Below the pieces are notes generated by a model that saw nothing but the letters and a program-made list of their open reading frames with translations, did not search any database and had not been told where the DNA came from. Shown here piece after piece: positions 10,752-21,015 of a stretch of DNA of 64,000 bases (positions within the stretch are counted from its first letter, which is position 1; each line of letters starts with the position of its first letter). The stretch comes from Azolla caroliniana (lineage: Eukaryota > Plantae > Polypodiophyta). The DNA is taken from the NCBI GenBank assembly GCA_043228905.1, contig JBHGNT010000001.1:9362001-9426000 (forward strand). The letters run 5' to 3'. A program made the translations under genes and the position numbers.

Positions 10752-11783
10752 TGTCGTAGTGTAATTCACACACTACGTGAAATATGTAAAAAATATATCC
10801 GATTTAAGTACGCATAAATAAATAAAAGAAAATATTAAAAATATTGTGACATGCATAGGGCAAGATTCAAACCCTATACCTCCATATAAACAAACCCAAA
10901 CTTTACCATTATACTAACTTATCATAAGTGATTTAAATATAGATTTAATAGATATAAGAGTTATATTTACACTTATTTTTACAAAAAAGTAAATCATGCA
11001 CTTTTAGAGTGCGTGAAAACTTTATTTGGAAGAAAAACGGAAGCCAATTACTCATGCACATCTAGTGTGCATGAGCACTATATTTAGGAAATAAAAAAGC
11101 ATGGTTGAAGAAGGCAACTCATGCACATCTAGTGTGCATGAACTTTTTAGGAAAAAGCATGATGCTATGATTAGCCTCTTCTATCACTATATAAGGAAGA
11201 GAGAAAAGATGTATATGGTTGTTGATTTTTTATAAGGGTTGATTAATATAAAATATTCATGGGAATTCACAATTTTGCCATCTATTTCTCTCTTACAATC
11301 TAAGTATCAATTAATACACTATACCCGTGGGATTCACGAGTTTCATATCTTCATCTTGAAGTCTATTCATAACAAACCTTATCTCATATTCTTCTTTCTC
11401 CTAGTCCAAAACCCCAGCGGTTCCCACCTGACTCACGCAACGATCCAACGCCGAAAGACACGACACGGTTGGCGTCGTTCCTGGGGAAATTGGATATATT
11501 TCTAAAAACACCAATTAATAAACTATATTCATGGGATTCACGAAATAAACTATACTCGTGGGATTCACGAGGTTTCTATATCCTTCTCTTTCTATCTAAA
11601 TTCATATTATTATCTTAATATTGATTAATCTAACACAATACACTCGTGGGATTCACGAGGTTTCTATATCTCTTTCCTACAACCTATCTATATTCTAATT
11701 AGTCTCAAATTCTTCCTCCTAGTCCAAAACCCCAGTGGTTCCCACCTGACTCACGCAACGATCCGGCGCGGAAAGGCACGACA
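10752..11783 (+). mobile_element. Solo LTR-like insertion (1032 bp) with a 4-bp TSD and a duplicated U5 end
   Basis: Termini TGTCGT...ACGACA; TSD ACGT (10748-10751 and 11784-11787); the empty site is visible in the sister LTR; TATATAAG near 11189. Confidence 0.88.
11470..11487 (+). other. PBS-like motif (tRNA-Asp, Athila/Tat type) inside the solo LTR
   Basis: TGGCGTCGTTCCTGGGGA matches 15/18 of the tRNA-Asp PBS TGGCGCCGTTGCCGGGGA (recalled sequence). It lies 4 nt after an internal ACGACA LTR-end copy. Confidence 0.7.
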
Positions 11784-13243
11784 ACGTATGCTCTTACAGA
11801 ACGCGGCTATGGCACCGCTCACCCAGTCTCTCTCCACGTTCTCACTCTTCTCTATCGTTCTACACAATAGAGGATCACACACTATTCTATCTCACTACTC
11901 GCTCTAAGTGTATTTATACTTATACCCTGTATGGGCTATTTACAAATGTAGCCACTACTACACATCACTACTATTATTATCTATAATAATAAGTAGCCAT
12001 CAGTCGACCCTAGTGTTAATTGTCAAGCCAGTCCGACTAGTCGGCCTGGTCATCAACCATTCGATTAGCTCGACTAGTCATTCGCGTCTTTGACCTGGAT
12101 CTCCTTTCTGTCGACTCACCTAATCGACTCTCACAGTCGACTTCCTCGCAGTCGTCTCTTCAACCATCGGTACTCGGCCCGAACAGTCGGCTCCTCTCAT
12201 TGGAGGTACATATTCCTAACAAACTCCCCCTTCACTCCTGTGGGGAGGAGTCTGTTATTCCTATCCTTTGTCGACAAACTCTGAGTTTGTCCATTGTAGT
12301 GTCTTTGTCAACATGTTGGATCCATTGTCGTCAGTATGGATCCTCACGAGGGTAAACTCTCCTTCTTCGACTTTCTCCCGCAACCAGTGATACCTTCTCT
12401 GTATGTGCTTGGTCCGGGAATGCTATGCAGCATTCTTGGCTAGATGTATGGCACTGGCTGTCACAATGAAGCAAGAAATCCCTTTACTTCATCCCCAACT
12501 CGCTGAGAAAGTTTCTCATCCAAATCAACTCCTTGCCGGCCTCTACCGCTGTCATATACTCTGCCTTTGTGGTCAACAAGGCCACTGACTTCTACAGTCG
12601 TGACTGCCACGACACTGTTCCCCTTGCATAGGTCATCACGTACCCTGATGTGGATTGGCTTGAATCTACATCCCCGACATGTTCGAGTCAGTAAACCCTT
12701 CGAGCATGGGTTTTCCGACACCATACCTTAGGCATACCCTCGAGGTGCCTTTTAAGTACTTGAGTATCCACTTCATCACTGCCCAGTGTTCTCTTCCTGG
12801 ATTATTCATGTATTGGCTTACTGTTCCCACAACAAAAGCTATGTGTGGCCTTATGCAGACCATAGCATACATTAGATTGCCGACGACTGAGGCATATGGT
12901 ACATTCCTCATCTCCGCCTTTTCTTTCTCCCCTCTCGAGCATTGCTTTGCATTTAATTTGCATGTTGAGAGATCAAGCTCAACTAGAGTTAGTTATTTAG
13001 TCAACCATGTAACTTCGTAGTTACCTAGATAGAATCTAGTTAGAAGTGTTGACTATAACGCCTTAAATAGCACCTTGTACTTGAGTGGGATATTCTAGAT
13101 CCTCCACTCCTAGGTACATTTAATATAGGACTTACACTTTTGTCCCTATATTATCCTCACACGTGTACCCTTGCACATGAAATCTATATATACCTCATTG
13201 TAGGTATTTTTGTATTTGATGATGATAATGCTAATTTAATATA

Positions 13244-14296
13244 CAGTAAACATTCAGTTAAGTGCGCACTTTGAACGCAAGGTAAAAGTGCGCACTTAAT
13301 CGAGCTGCACATTTAAGGTTTCTTTAGTAAAAAAAAAAGAATCCCAATTTTTTCCAGTTGTAATTATGAGAAAGCATAGCCCAAACAACCATCGCTCATA
13401 CCCTCCTTACTGTTGTAATGTCTCAGATATGTACATATTTTCTTTCGTATGTCTATTTTTTGGTTTCTATGTTTGTTTTTTGATGTTTATGCCTATTGTT
13501 TGATGTCTATGGAGATTGTGTGAGATGTCTATGTTTGTTTTTTGGTGTCTATGGAGATTGTGCATGATGTCTATGTTTGATATGGTATGTGGTCTATGCG
13601 AAATGATCCACATACTTGGCTGAGATAGTGTAAAAAAACGCCCAAAAGTAGGGATTTGAATCCACATACTGTTAATCGATCAATAACTATTAATCGATTA
13701 ATAACTTTTCCTCCACATAATAAGCCATTCGTCGATTAATTGATTAACAGTTTTTCCTCTCATAATAAGCCATTAATCGATTAATAGCTTTTCTTCCACA
13801 TAATATGCCATTAATCGATTACTTGCTTTCCCTTCATGTAATAAGCCATTAATCGATTAACTCTACATAATAAGCCATTAATCGATTATTTGATTAATAG
13901 CTTTTCTTTCATGTAAGTCCACATAATAAGCTATTAATTGACTAATCGATTAATACGTTTCCCATAATAGACCCAAGCTTGCACCCTATTTAGTTTTTTA
14001 GAATATGTATCTTGCTGCAAAGCAAAGTTTCCATGAAATTAGTTCAAGATTGTATTCACCATATCTTGCTCAGCCTATTTAGTAGACAAATGGCCCACAT
14101 CATTTTGGTATGAATTGCAAAAGAACTACAAATCTTGTTTTTATTGATCATTTTGTTGTGTTTTGAATGATTGGAGCATAGTTTCAAATTGGTTTGATAC
14201 ACTTTGTCATAAAACAATGTAAATTTTTTGAACAAGATTTTGACATCTATAAAAAGCGCACTTAATAGAATGATGCACTTAACCGAATGGTTACTG
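13244..14296. mobile_element. Non-autonomous Tc1/mariner (pogo-like) element
   Basis: TIRs CAGTAAACATTCAGTTAAGTGC / GCACTTAACCGAATGGTTACTG, flanked by TA on both sides. Confidence 0.85.
13670..13955. repeat. Minisatellite of CATAATAAGCCATTAATCGATT units
   Basis: Several degenerate copies centred on the palindrome TTAATCGATTAA. Confidence 0.8.
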
Positions 14297-15023
14297 TACT
14301 TACTCATCCCCCATCTTGTGTTGTTCATAATTGTATCTTTCTCTCTCTCTTCCTCTCACACACATACACACACATATCACTTAATCTTCCGCTTATCAAC
14401 TAATCACATAATTAGGTACTTATTAACCCGTAGTTAATCACCTAATTCTTAACATTGTAGTTAGTCGGTAACATAGAGCCAACCGGCTTTGCTTTTGTCA
14501 TGTTACATCTTTCTAATATCTTTGTCACATATTTCTCTTGCGACAACCACAACACTTTCTTAGTTCTGTCCCGAACTATGTGCATCCCTAAGATCTGTTT
14601 AGCTGGACCAAGATCTTTCATGGCAAACAACTTTCCTAGAGCTTTCTTCAAGCTTCCTATCTGGCTTGTATCTTGACCGACTATTAACATGTCATCTACA
14701 TATAGTAAGAGAATCAAGAAATCACCTTCATCGTACCTTTTGACGAACACACAGTGATGAGCTTGTGTTTTCTAGAACCCATGTTCCACCATGAAGGACT
14801 CGAACTTCTTGTACCATTTGTGTGGAGCTTGTTTTAGGCCGTACAAGGTTTTCTTCAATCAACACACTAGATTCTCCTTCCCTTTCTCCACAAAACCTTC
14901 GGGTTGTTGCATGTAAATCTCTTCATCCAACTCCCCGTGCAAGAATGTCGTCTTGAGATCCAACGGTTCGATCTCCAGATCCATGCTTGCAGCTATGCTC
15001 AAAACAATTATAATCGATGTCAT

Positions 15024-15831
15024 TAGCAGTGGGCCCGATTTCCGCTCAAACCGAACCGAACCGAAAAACCGTGGCTTAACGGTTTATAGGTTCAAAGATA
15101 AATAAACGGTTTGGTTTGGTTTCAAATGTTACTAATTAGTTTCGATTCGGTTTGAATTTACCAGTTTATCAATTTATTAGTTTATTAGTTTTTGTTTATG
15201 TGGTTCGGTTTAAAGGTTTATAGGTTTATAAGTTAAAAAATACTCAAAAATATTCTCTATAGGCTCTAACTTTCAACTTTTAATTTTAAACTCTTGTTTT
15301 AACTTATTAAATTTTATATGTATTATATGTAGAGTCTCCTTTTCCTTTATGATGATCAATTATGATAATTATGATATCAAATTTATGATAAGTATAATGA
15401 TCAAATTTCTGATCAGTATGATGACCAAATCTATGATAAGTATGATTACAAATTTTATGATAAGAATGATAACAAAATTTATGATAAGTATGATGACAAA
15501 ATTTATGATAAGAATGATAACAAAATTTATGATAAGTATGATGACAAAATTTATGATGAGTATCATGATTAATTTTATGATGATTTTCTCACACAAATTT
15601 ATAATAAGTAAGATGATTGATATCAATAAAAAATGGTTTGGTTTGGTTTTAAATTTTTCGTAAACAGTTTGGTTTCTCCTATTCTTTAAACGGTTTGGTT
15701 TAACGGTTCGACTCTAAACGATTCGGTTTAAATGGCTTCATACAATTTAAAACAGTTTGGTTCGGTTTTTATTATTAATAAATGGTTTGGTTTCAAGGCC
15801 AAGAAATTGAACCGAACTGAGCCCATTGCTA
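15024..15831. mobile_element. hAT-type MITE inserted in the Copia RT
   Basis: TIRs TAGCAGTGGGC / GCCCATTGCTA; perfect 8-bp TSD GATGTCAT (15016-15023 and 15832-15839); AACCG-type subterminal motifs. Confidence 0.92.
15375..15620. repeat. 24-bp tandem repeat inside the hAT MITE
   Basis: AAATTTATGATAAGTATGATGACA repeated about ten times. It produces the spurious MITKFMIS/ILIINFVI ORFs. Confidence 0.9.
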
Positions 15832-18656
15832 GATGTCATCTTCACGACTGGAGCGAATATTTCGTCAAAGTCGACTCCATTTTTCTGTTGGAAACCCTTC
15901 ACTACAATGCGGGCTTTATACCTAGGCGCACTGTCGACTTCTCTAGTCTTCACCTTGTAGACCCATTTGTTCTTGAGTGCTCTTTTACCTTTCTGAAATT
16001 CCACTAGGTCGTAGGTGTAGTTTTCGAGCAAGGAGTCCATCTCATCTTGCATCACATTTAGCCATCTCTCTCTATGCTCGTCAACAATGGCTTCATCAGA
16101 GCACTCTGGCTCATCTTCATCAGTCAAGAGGATGTATTGAGTGGCATATGTTGTCGGTGGTCTCCTTTCTGTGAGTGGGTATCTCCTTCCACTCGTTGTC
16201 GACTCTCGTTCAGGTGTCTCTCCCGACTCTCCTCTTTGCTCAGGTTCATATATGTCGATCGACTTCTCAAGGTTGGACGACTCCAACTTGTTTTCCTCGA
16301 TCGACCTTAATAGCTCTGCCGACTTAGACTCATAGAAGATCGGTCTCTCCGAGTTGACCAAACTCGGAATCGGTTGTGCCGACTGGCTGTCTCCGAACAA
16401 CCAATTGTGTCAGTTCACTTGGCCTCAAGTCGATAGTAGTGGAGGTTGACTGGTTTGTCGATTCCGACTTCTGTTGCTTCTAGTCCTCTATGGTCTTGTC
16501 TTCCAAGAAGACTACGTCCCGACTCCTCACTACCTTCTTGTCAACTAGGTCCCATAGCCTATAGCCAAACTCATCTTTTGTGTATCCCATGAATATGCAT
16601 GGTTTCGACTTGTTGTCGAGCTTCGGCCTCTGATCCTTAGCCACATGCATATACGATAAACATCTGAACACCCTCAGGTGTTGGTAGGAGACTTCCTTTC
16701 ATGTCCACACCCTCTGTGGGACATCACCCTTCAATGGCACTAAGGGAGACCTGTTGATCATATAAACAGTTGTATACATCACCTCAGCCCAATAGGATTT
16801 TGGCAGTTTAGCATGAGAGAACATGCTCCTTACTCTCTCCATGATTGTTCGATTCATTCTCTCTACAAGCCCATTCAACTCAAGGGTCTTTGGTACGATG
16901 TATTCGATTCGAATACCCTAGGCTTTGCAATATTCCTCAAATTGCCCTTTATATTCGCCACCATATTCGGTTTGGACAGTCTTCAACTTTTGATTCGACT
17001 CCCATTTGGCTCTTGCCTAGAACTCCTTGAAGAACGATAGTACTTGATCTTTTGACTTTAATACGAAAGCCCACAACTTCCGATTGTAGTCATCAATAAA
17101 GGTCACAAAGTACTGTCCGCCTCGGTGTGACGGAGCATCTACATAGCACACATCCGTGTGTACTAGTTCTTGTGGCACTTCTCTTCTCCTTGGTGGTCTA
17201 GAGTGGAATGCTGCTCTATTCTATTTTCCGATTAAACAGTCGACACACTTCTCCAAGTGCACTCCCTTTACCTCTGGTAGAAGCCTCTAGCCGGCCAATA
17301 GATGCAGTCCCTTCTCACTCATGTGGCCTAGCCTCTTATGCCATATTTGTCCTGCCGAGTCGGCTGCCACATTCACTTCCAAGTTGCACAGTCGGGCTTG
17401 CATCACATACAATGTGCCTTCCTTCTGTGATCGGGCCACTATAAGATCTCCACGGCAGAACTTCCACTTGCCATTCCGAAAACTACCATTGTAGCCTTCG
17501 TCGTCCATTCTTCTAGTCGATATCAGATTCAATCTAATATTGGGGACGTGTCGAACATCCTTCATAGTTAGCCGACACCCTGTCGACGTCGTCAGGCAGA
17601 CACTTCCGATTCCGGCTACCATGCACTCCCCAATGTCACCCATCTTTACATAACCATGGTCACCGGTTATGTAAGTTGAGATATACTCTCTCGACGGAGT
17701 TATGTGGAAGGATGCACCAGAGTCGATCACCCAAGTGCATTCTTCGCTCGCAAGGTTTGCACTTGTCTGTTCGCAAATGAACAACAGTTCTTCATTGCTC
17801 GTAGCAATGGTTGAAGTGCCCTTTTCATAAGTAATCTTCCTGGGTTCTAAACCATTACCAACACCTTTGTCCTTCCTCATGTGTCGGCAGTCCTTCTGGA
17901 AGTGTCTAGGTTTTCCACAATAGAAGCACACGAACTTACCTCTTGACTTCGACCTGGCTTGAGACTTTTCTCTCCTTGGTGGACTTCGTTGTCGGTTCCT
18001 CCCTCTACCGATGTGTTGAGTCAAATTTGACTCTGACTGGACTAGTACACCCTTGTCCTTCCTTCTCGCTTCCTCATTCAGGATGCTTGTCTTCACCGCT
18101 TGTAAAGACAAGTTCTCTTCTTGATAGGAGGGGCTGAGAGTAACCACCAGGTTCTCCCAGCTATCCGGCAGTGTGCACATCAACAAGATGGCCTGCATAG
18201 CATCATCGAGGGGAAACTTGGTTGCAACAAGTTGATTTACATACCCCATAAATGTGTTGATGTGTTTGACCATGCTCTCACCATTCTCTGTATTTCAGTC
18301 GTACGATCTTTCTCCTTAGTGAGGTTTTATTGAGGACGTTCTTCCTCTCATATAGACCTGACAACTTCTGCCACATCTCGTGGGCATTCGTGTCGTTCGC
18401 CACATGCTGAAGGACACTTACATCGACGCACTTTCTGATGGTGGCCACCGTCTTTCTGTTGAGAAGTTTCCATTCCGACTCTTATACCCCCGTGGGTATT
18501 TCTGCTATGTCGATCGGCTCGTACAGGTCTTTAACTATGAGAAGGTCCTCCATCTTTATCTTCCAATCTGCATAGTTCTGAGAGTTCAGAACTATCATTC
18601 CTGAGAAGCCACTCATACCTCCTTCCATGCTTGCTCCTCAAGCTCTGATACCAGTT

Positions 18657-19293
18657 TGTTGAGAAACGAATCGTCAATCCACAAGAAGGAATGTGGAGAA
18701 ATACACAATTGGGAAACACAAAAGAAAGTGTGCATAGATTTTACGTGGAAGCCCTAAAGTGGGTGAAAACCACGGGGAACGGAGCTTCATTATATTAGTG
18801 GATATACAATAACGGGATTAGAGAACAACATTCTCTACTCTGAGTGTATTAACCGCGCACGGCTCTTGGCATATGCTCTTAAAGAGCACGGCTATGGCGC
18901 CGCTCACTCAGACTCTCTCCACATTCTCACTTTTCTCTATCGTTCTACACAACAAAGGATCACACACTATTCTATCTCAATACTTGCCCTAAGTGTATTT
19001 ATACTTATACCTTGTATGGGCTATTTACAAATGTAGCCACTACTACACATCACTACTATTATTATCTATAATAATAAGTAGCCATCAGTCGATCCTAGTG
19101 TTGATTGTCCAGCCGGTCCGACTAGTCGGCCTGGTCATCGACCATCCGGTCGGCCCGACTAGTTGGTCACGTCTTCAACCTGGATCTCCTTTCTGTCGAC
19201 TCTCACAGTCGACTTCCTCGCAGTCGACTCTTCAACCATCGGTACTCGGCCCGAAGAGTCGGCTCCTCCCACTGGAGGGACATATTCCTAACA
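18657..19293 (-). repeat. 5' LTR of the older Copia (637 bp)
   Basis: TGTTGAGAAAC...CCTAACA; PBS adjacent. Confidence 0.93.
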
Positions 19294-19298
19294 ATGTG

Positions 19299-19660
19299 TA
19301 TGTGATTCCTGTATGTGCCTGGAAGAAGCACACCCAAATGCAAATGCATATGTGGATTTCCTTTTCAATGGCTTTTGTTAATCATCTTTCCAGGCTTTCC
19401 ATTAAATTCCTATCACAACATCCTTCCAGTGATGAAAACAACATTTTCTGTTGGATTCCACGCTTGGAATTTGTCACTCGGTATGTATGAGATTCCTGTA
19501 TGTGCTTGAGAGAATTTCTGCACACCCAAATGCAAATGCATGTGAATGTGTGATTTCCTTTCTATGGTTTTTGTTAATCATCTTCATCAAGGTTTCCATT
19601 AATTGCCCATCACAGCATTCTTCCATTGATGAAAACACCATTTTCTAATAGATTCCAGCT
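19299..19660. repeat. ~190-bp tandem repeat, right part (about two units)
   Basis: Continues the unit interrupted at 10535. Confidence 0.85.
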
Positions 19661-20899
19661 TGACGAGCTATGTATGTAGCCAGCATATCTCCATGTGTGA
19701 GCTATGGCTAATTCCATTTATAGACAGAAGAAGTTCCAGATTTCTGGGCATTTTGATAACCCTGCGGAAAGAGAGACCTGCAAATTTCCTCAATGTGAGT
19801 ATAGAGCGATATAATCAAGTTGAATTAATACCTAATCGGGGATTGAAAACTAGCTGTATCGTTGTTGAACATGAGTTTTTGTAGACTGGGACTCTTAAGG
19901 ATTCTGGTTCTTTCTTGCAGATTCAATCCCGATTCTGCAGTCAAGGTGCTACTTTTACTTTCTGCCACAATCAGCAGGATTCTTTCTTGGCTTCTCAGAA
20001 AGACTTCCTTAATGGAGAATCAGAGGAGATAAACCTTGGTAACTTCTCATACTATTCAACTACCCATAGAAGGATTAATGATGGAGGGTTTGCTAGTGTT
20101 AATATTCATCTAGTTCCACGAAGATCATCATGAGTAATCTGAAACTGCAATCAAGAGTCAGTAATAGGTGCTTTTCCACAGTATATTATATACTAGATGA
20201 AACAAACTGTATAGGCGATTTGGCTATGGCTGAACAGTAAAGTGTAGAAAAGGTGTAGGATTGATGCAAGAGATTCTAAAGTTCATTTCTGTGGATGATC
20301 TTGAAGAGAAGGAAGGGTGTAAAACATCTGAAAAGATCGACATGGCCGCCCAATTTCTGCAAACAAAAACTCAATGAAGCCCAGATCGATGAATGTGGAG
20401 AAGATGTACTTGAAAGATATCAAAGAACATGTCTAAGAATTCAATGAGAGATGGCTTCACATCGGCATGGATGTGATATATAGTTTTTTGCATTAGGGTT
20501 CCACATTTTTGTAGTGTCTGAAATAGGCCATCAGTTTGCCTGGGGCTTAATTTCACAGGATCCATTTGGGAATTATGCTGGAAAATTATATTCTGGAGCG
20601 TTTGGCTTCCCTTGGGCATCAGCAGAAGGATTAATGGCGAGGCTTGAAGACAAAAACTCTGCACATTCTTGCAATGCAGAAGTTTTTGGTTGCCCAAACC
20701 CTAAACCCTAAACTTCGAACCCTAACAACTCTTTGAAACGATTTACCCTTTCTTGAACATTTGCAGAATTTGAGAATCGAGTGTACAGGTAACAGAGGAG
20801 TACTAATCATTCAAGTCTGATTGGAAATCGCAGCTTAACGACTTGTGGTTTATAGATCTCTTGAACAATTTGGCTTGAGTTTGGAATATCCTACAAAGT

Positions 20900-21015
20900 G
20901 TTTGGGTTTAAAGGTTTTGTGGTTCGGTTCGGTTCGGTTTGGTTAAGGTTAAGGTTCTAAATTGTTTCTAATAGTTTTGAGTTTGGGACTCCCAAACTAA
21001 AGCAAATCATTGCTA
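20900..21015. mobile_element. Orphan right end of a hAT-like element
   Basis: GGTTCGGTTCGGTT subterminal motifs and a CATTGCTA terminus like the 15024-15831 MITE; no left end found. Confidence 0.5.

Larger units (their letters stand above)
10536..12221 (-). repeat. 3' LTR of the older Copia, interrupted by 10752-11783
   Basis: TGTTGAGAAAC...CCTAACA; aligns with 18657-19293 once the insert is removed, with many transitions. Confidence 0.92.
12963..14454. mobile_element. Solo LTR inserted in the RT of the older Copia; contains a MITE
   Basis: TGTTGAGA...TCTTAACA termini; TSD TTGCA/TTGTA. Removal restores the RT reading LPTNY|KLNAKQC...VPYAS. Confidence 0.85.
12222..18628 (-). pseudogene. Disrupted Copia gag-pol
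   Basis: ATG at 18628 (MEGGMSGF...WKIKMEDLL); CFYCGKPRHFQKDC; WVIDSGAS; WHKRLGH; YKARIVVKGF; LLYVDDML; VPYASVVG. Stops, frameshifts and insertions throughout. Confidence 0.92.
10536..19293 (-). mobile_element. Older, degenerate full-length Ty1/Copia carrying four nested insertions
   Basis: LTRs at 10536-12221 (interrupted) and 18657-19293; TSD ATATG/ATGTG; PBS TGGTATCAGAGC at 18642-18653; PPT at 12222-12236; broken gag-pol. Confidence 0.95.

Noticed and set aside
10994-11141. CRISPR-like look: 23-bp palindromic repeats separated by 35-44-bp spacers
   Set aside because: Only three copies, the spacers resemble each other, there are no cas genes, and it lies inside a plant LTR. It is an ordinary tandem repeat.
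15349-15663. ORFs of 104 aa (+) and 85 aa (-) with periodic MITKFMIS / ILIINFVI
   Set aside because: Artefacts of the 24-bp tandem repeat inside a hAT MITE.
20696-20725. Telomeric AAACCCT repeats
   Set aside because: Only 2-3 units; a telo-box-like motif, not an interstitial telomere array.
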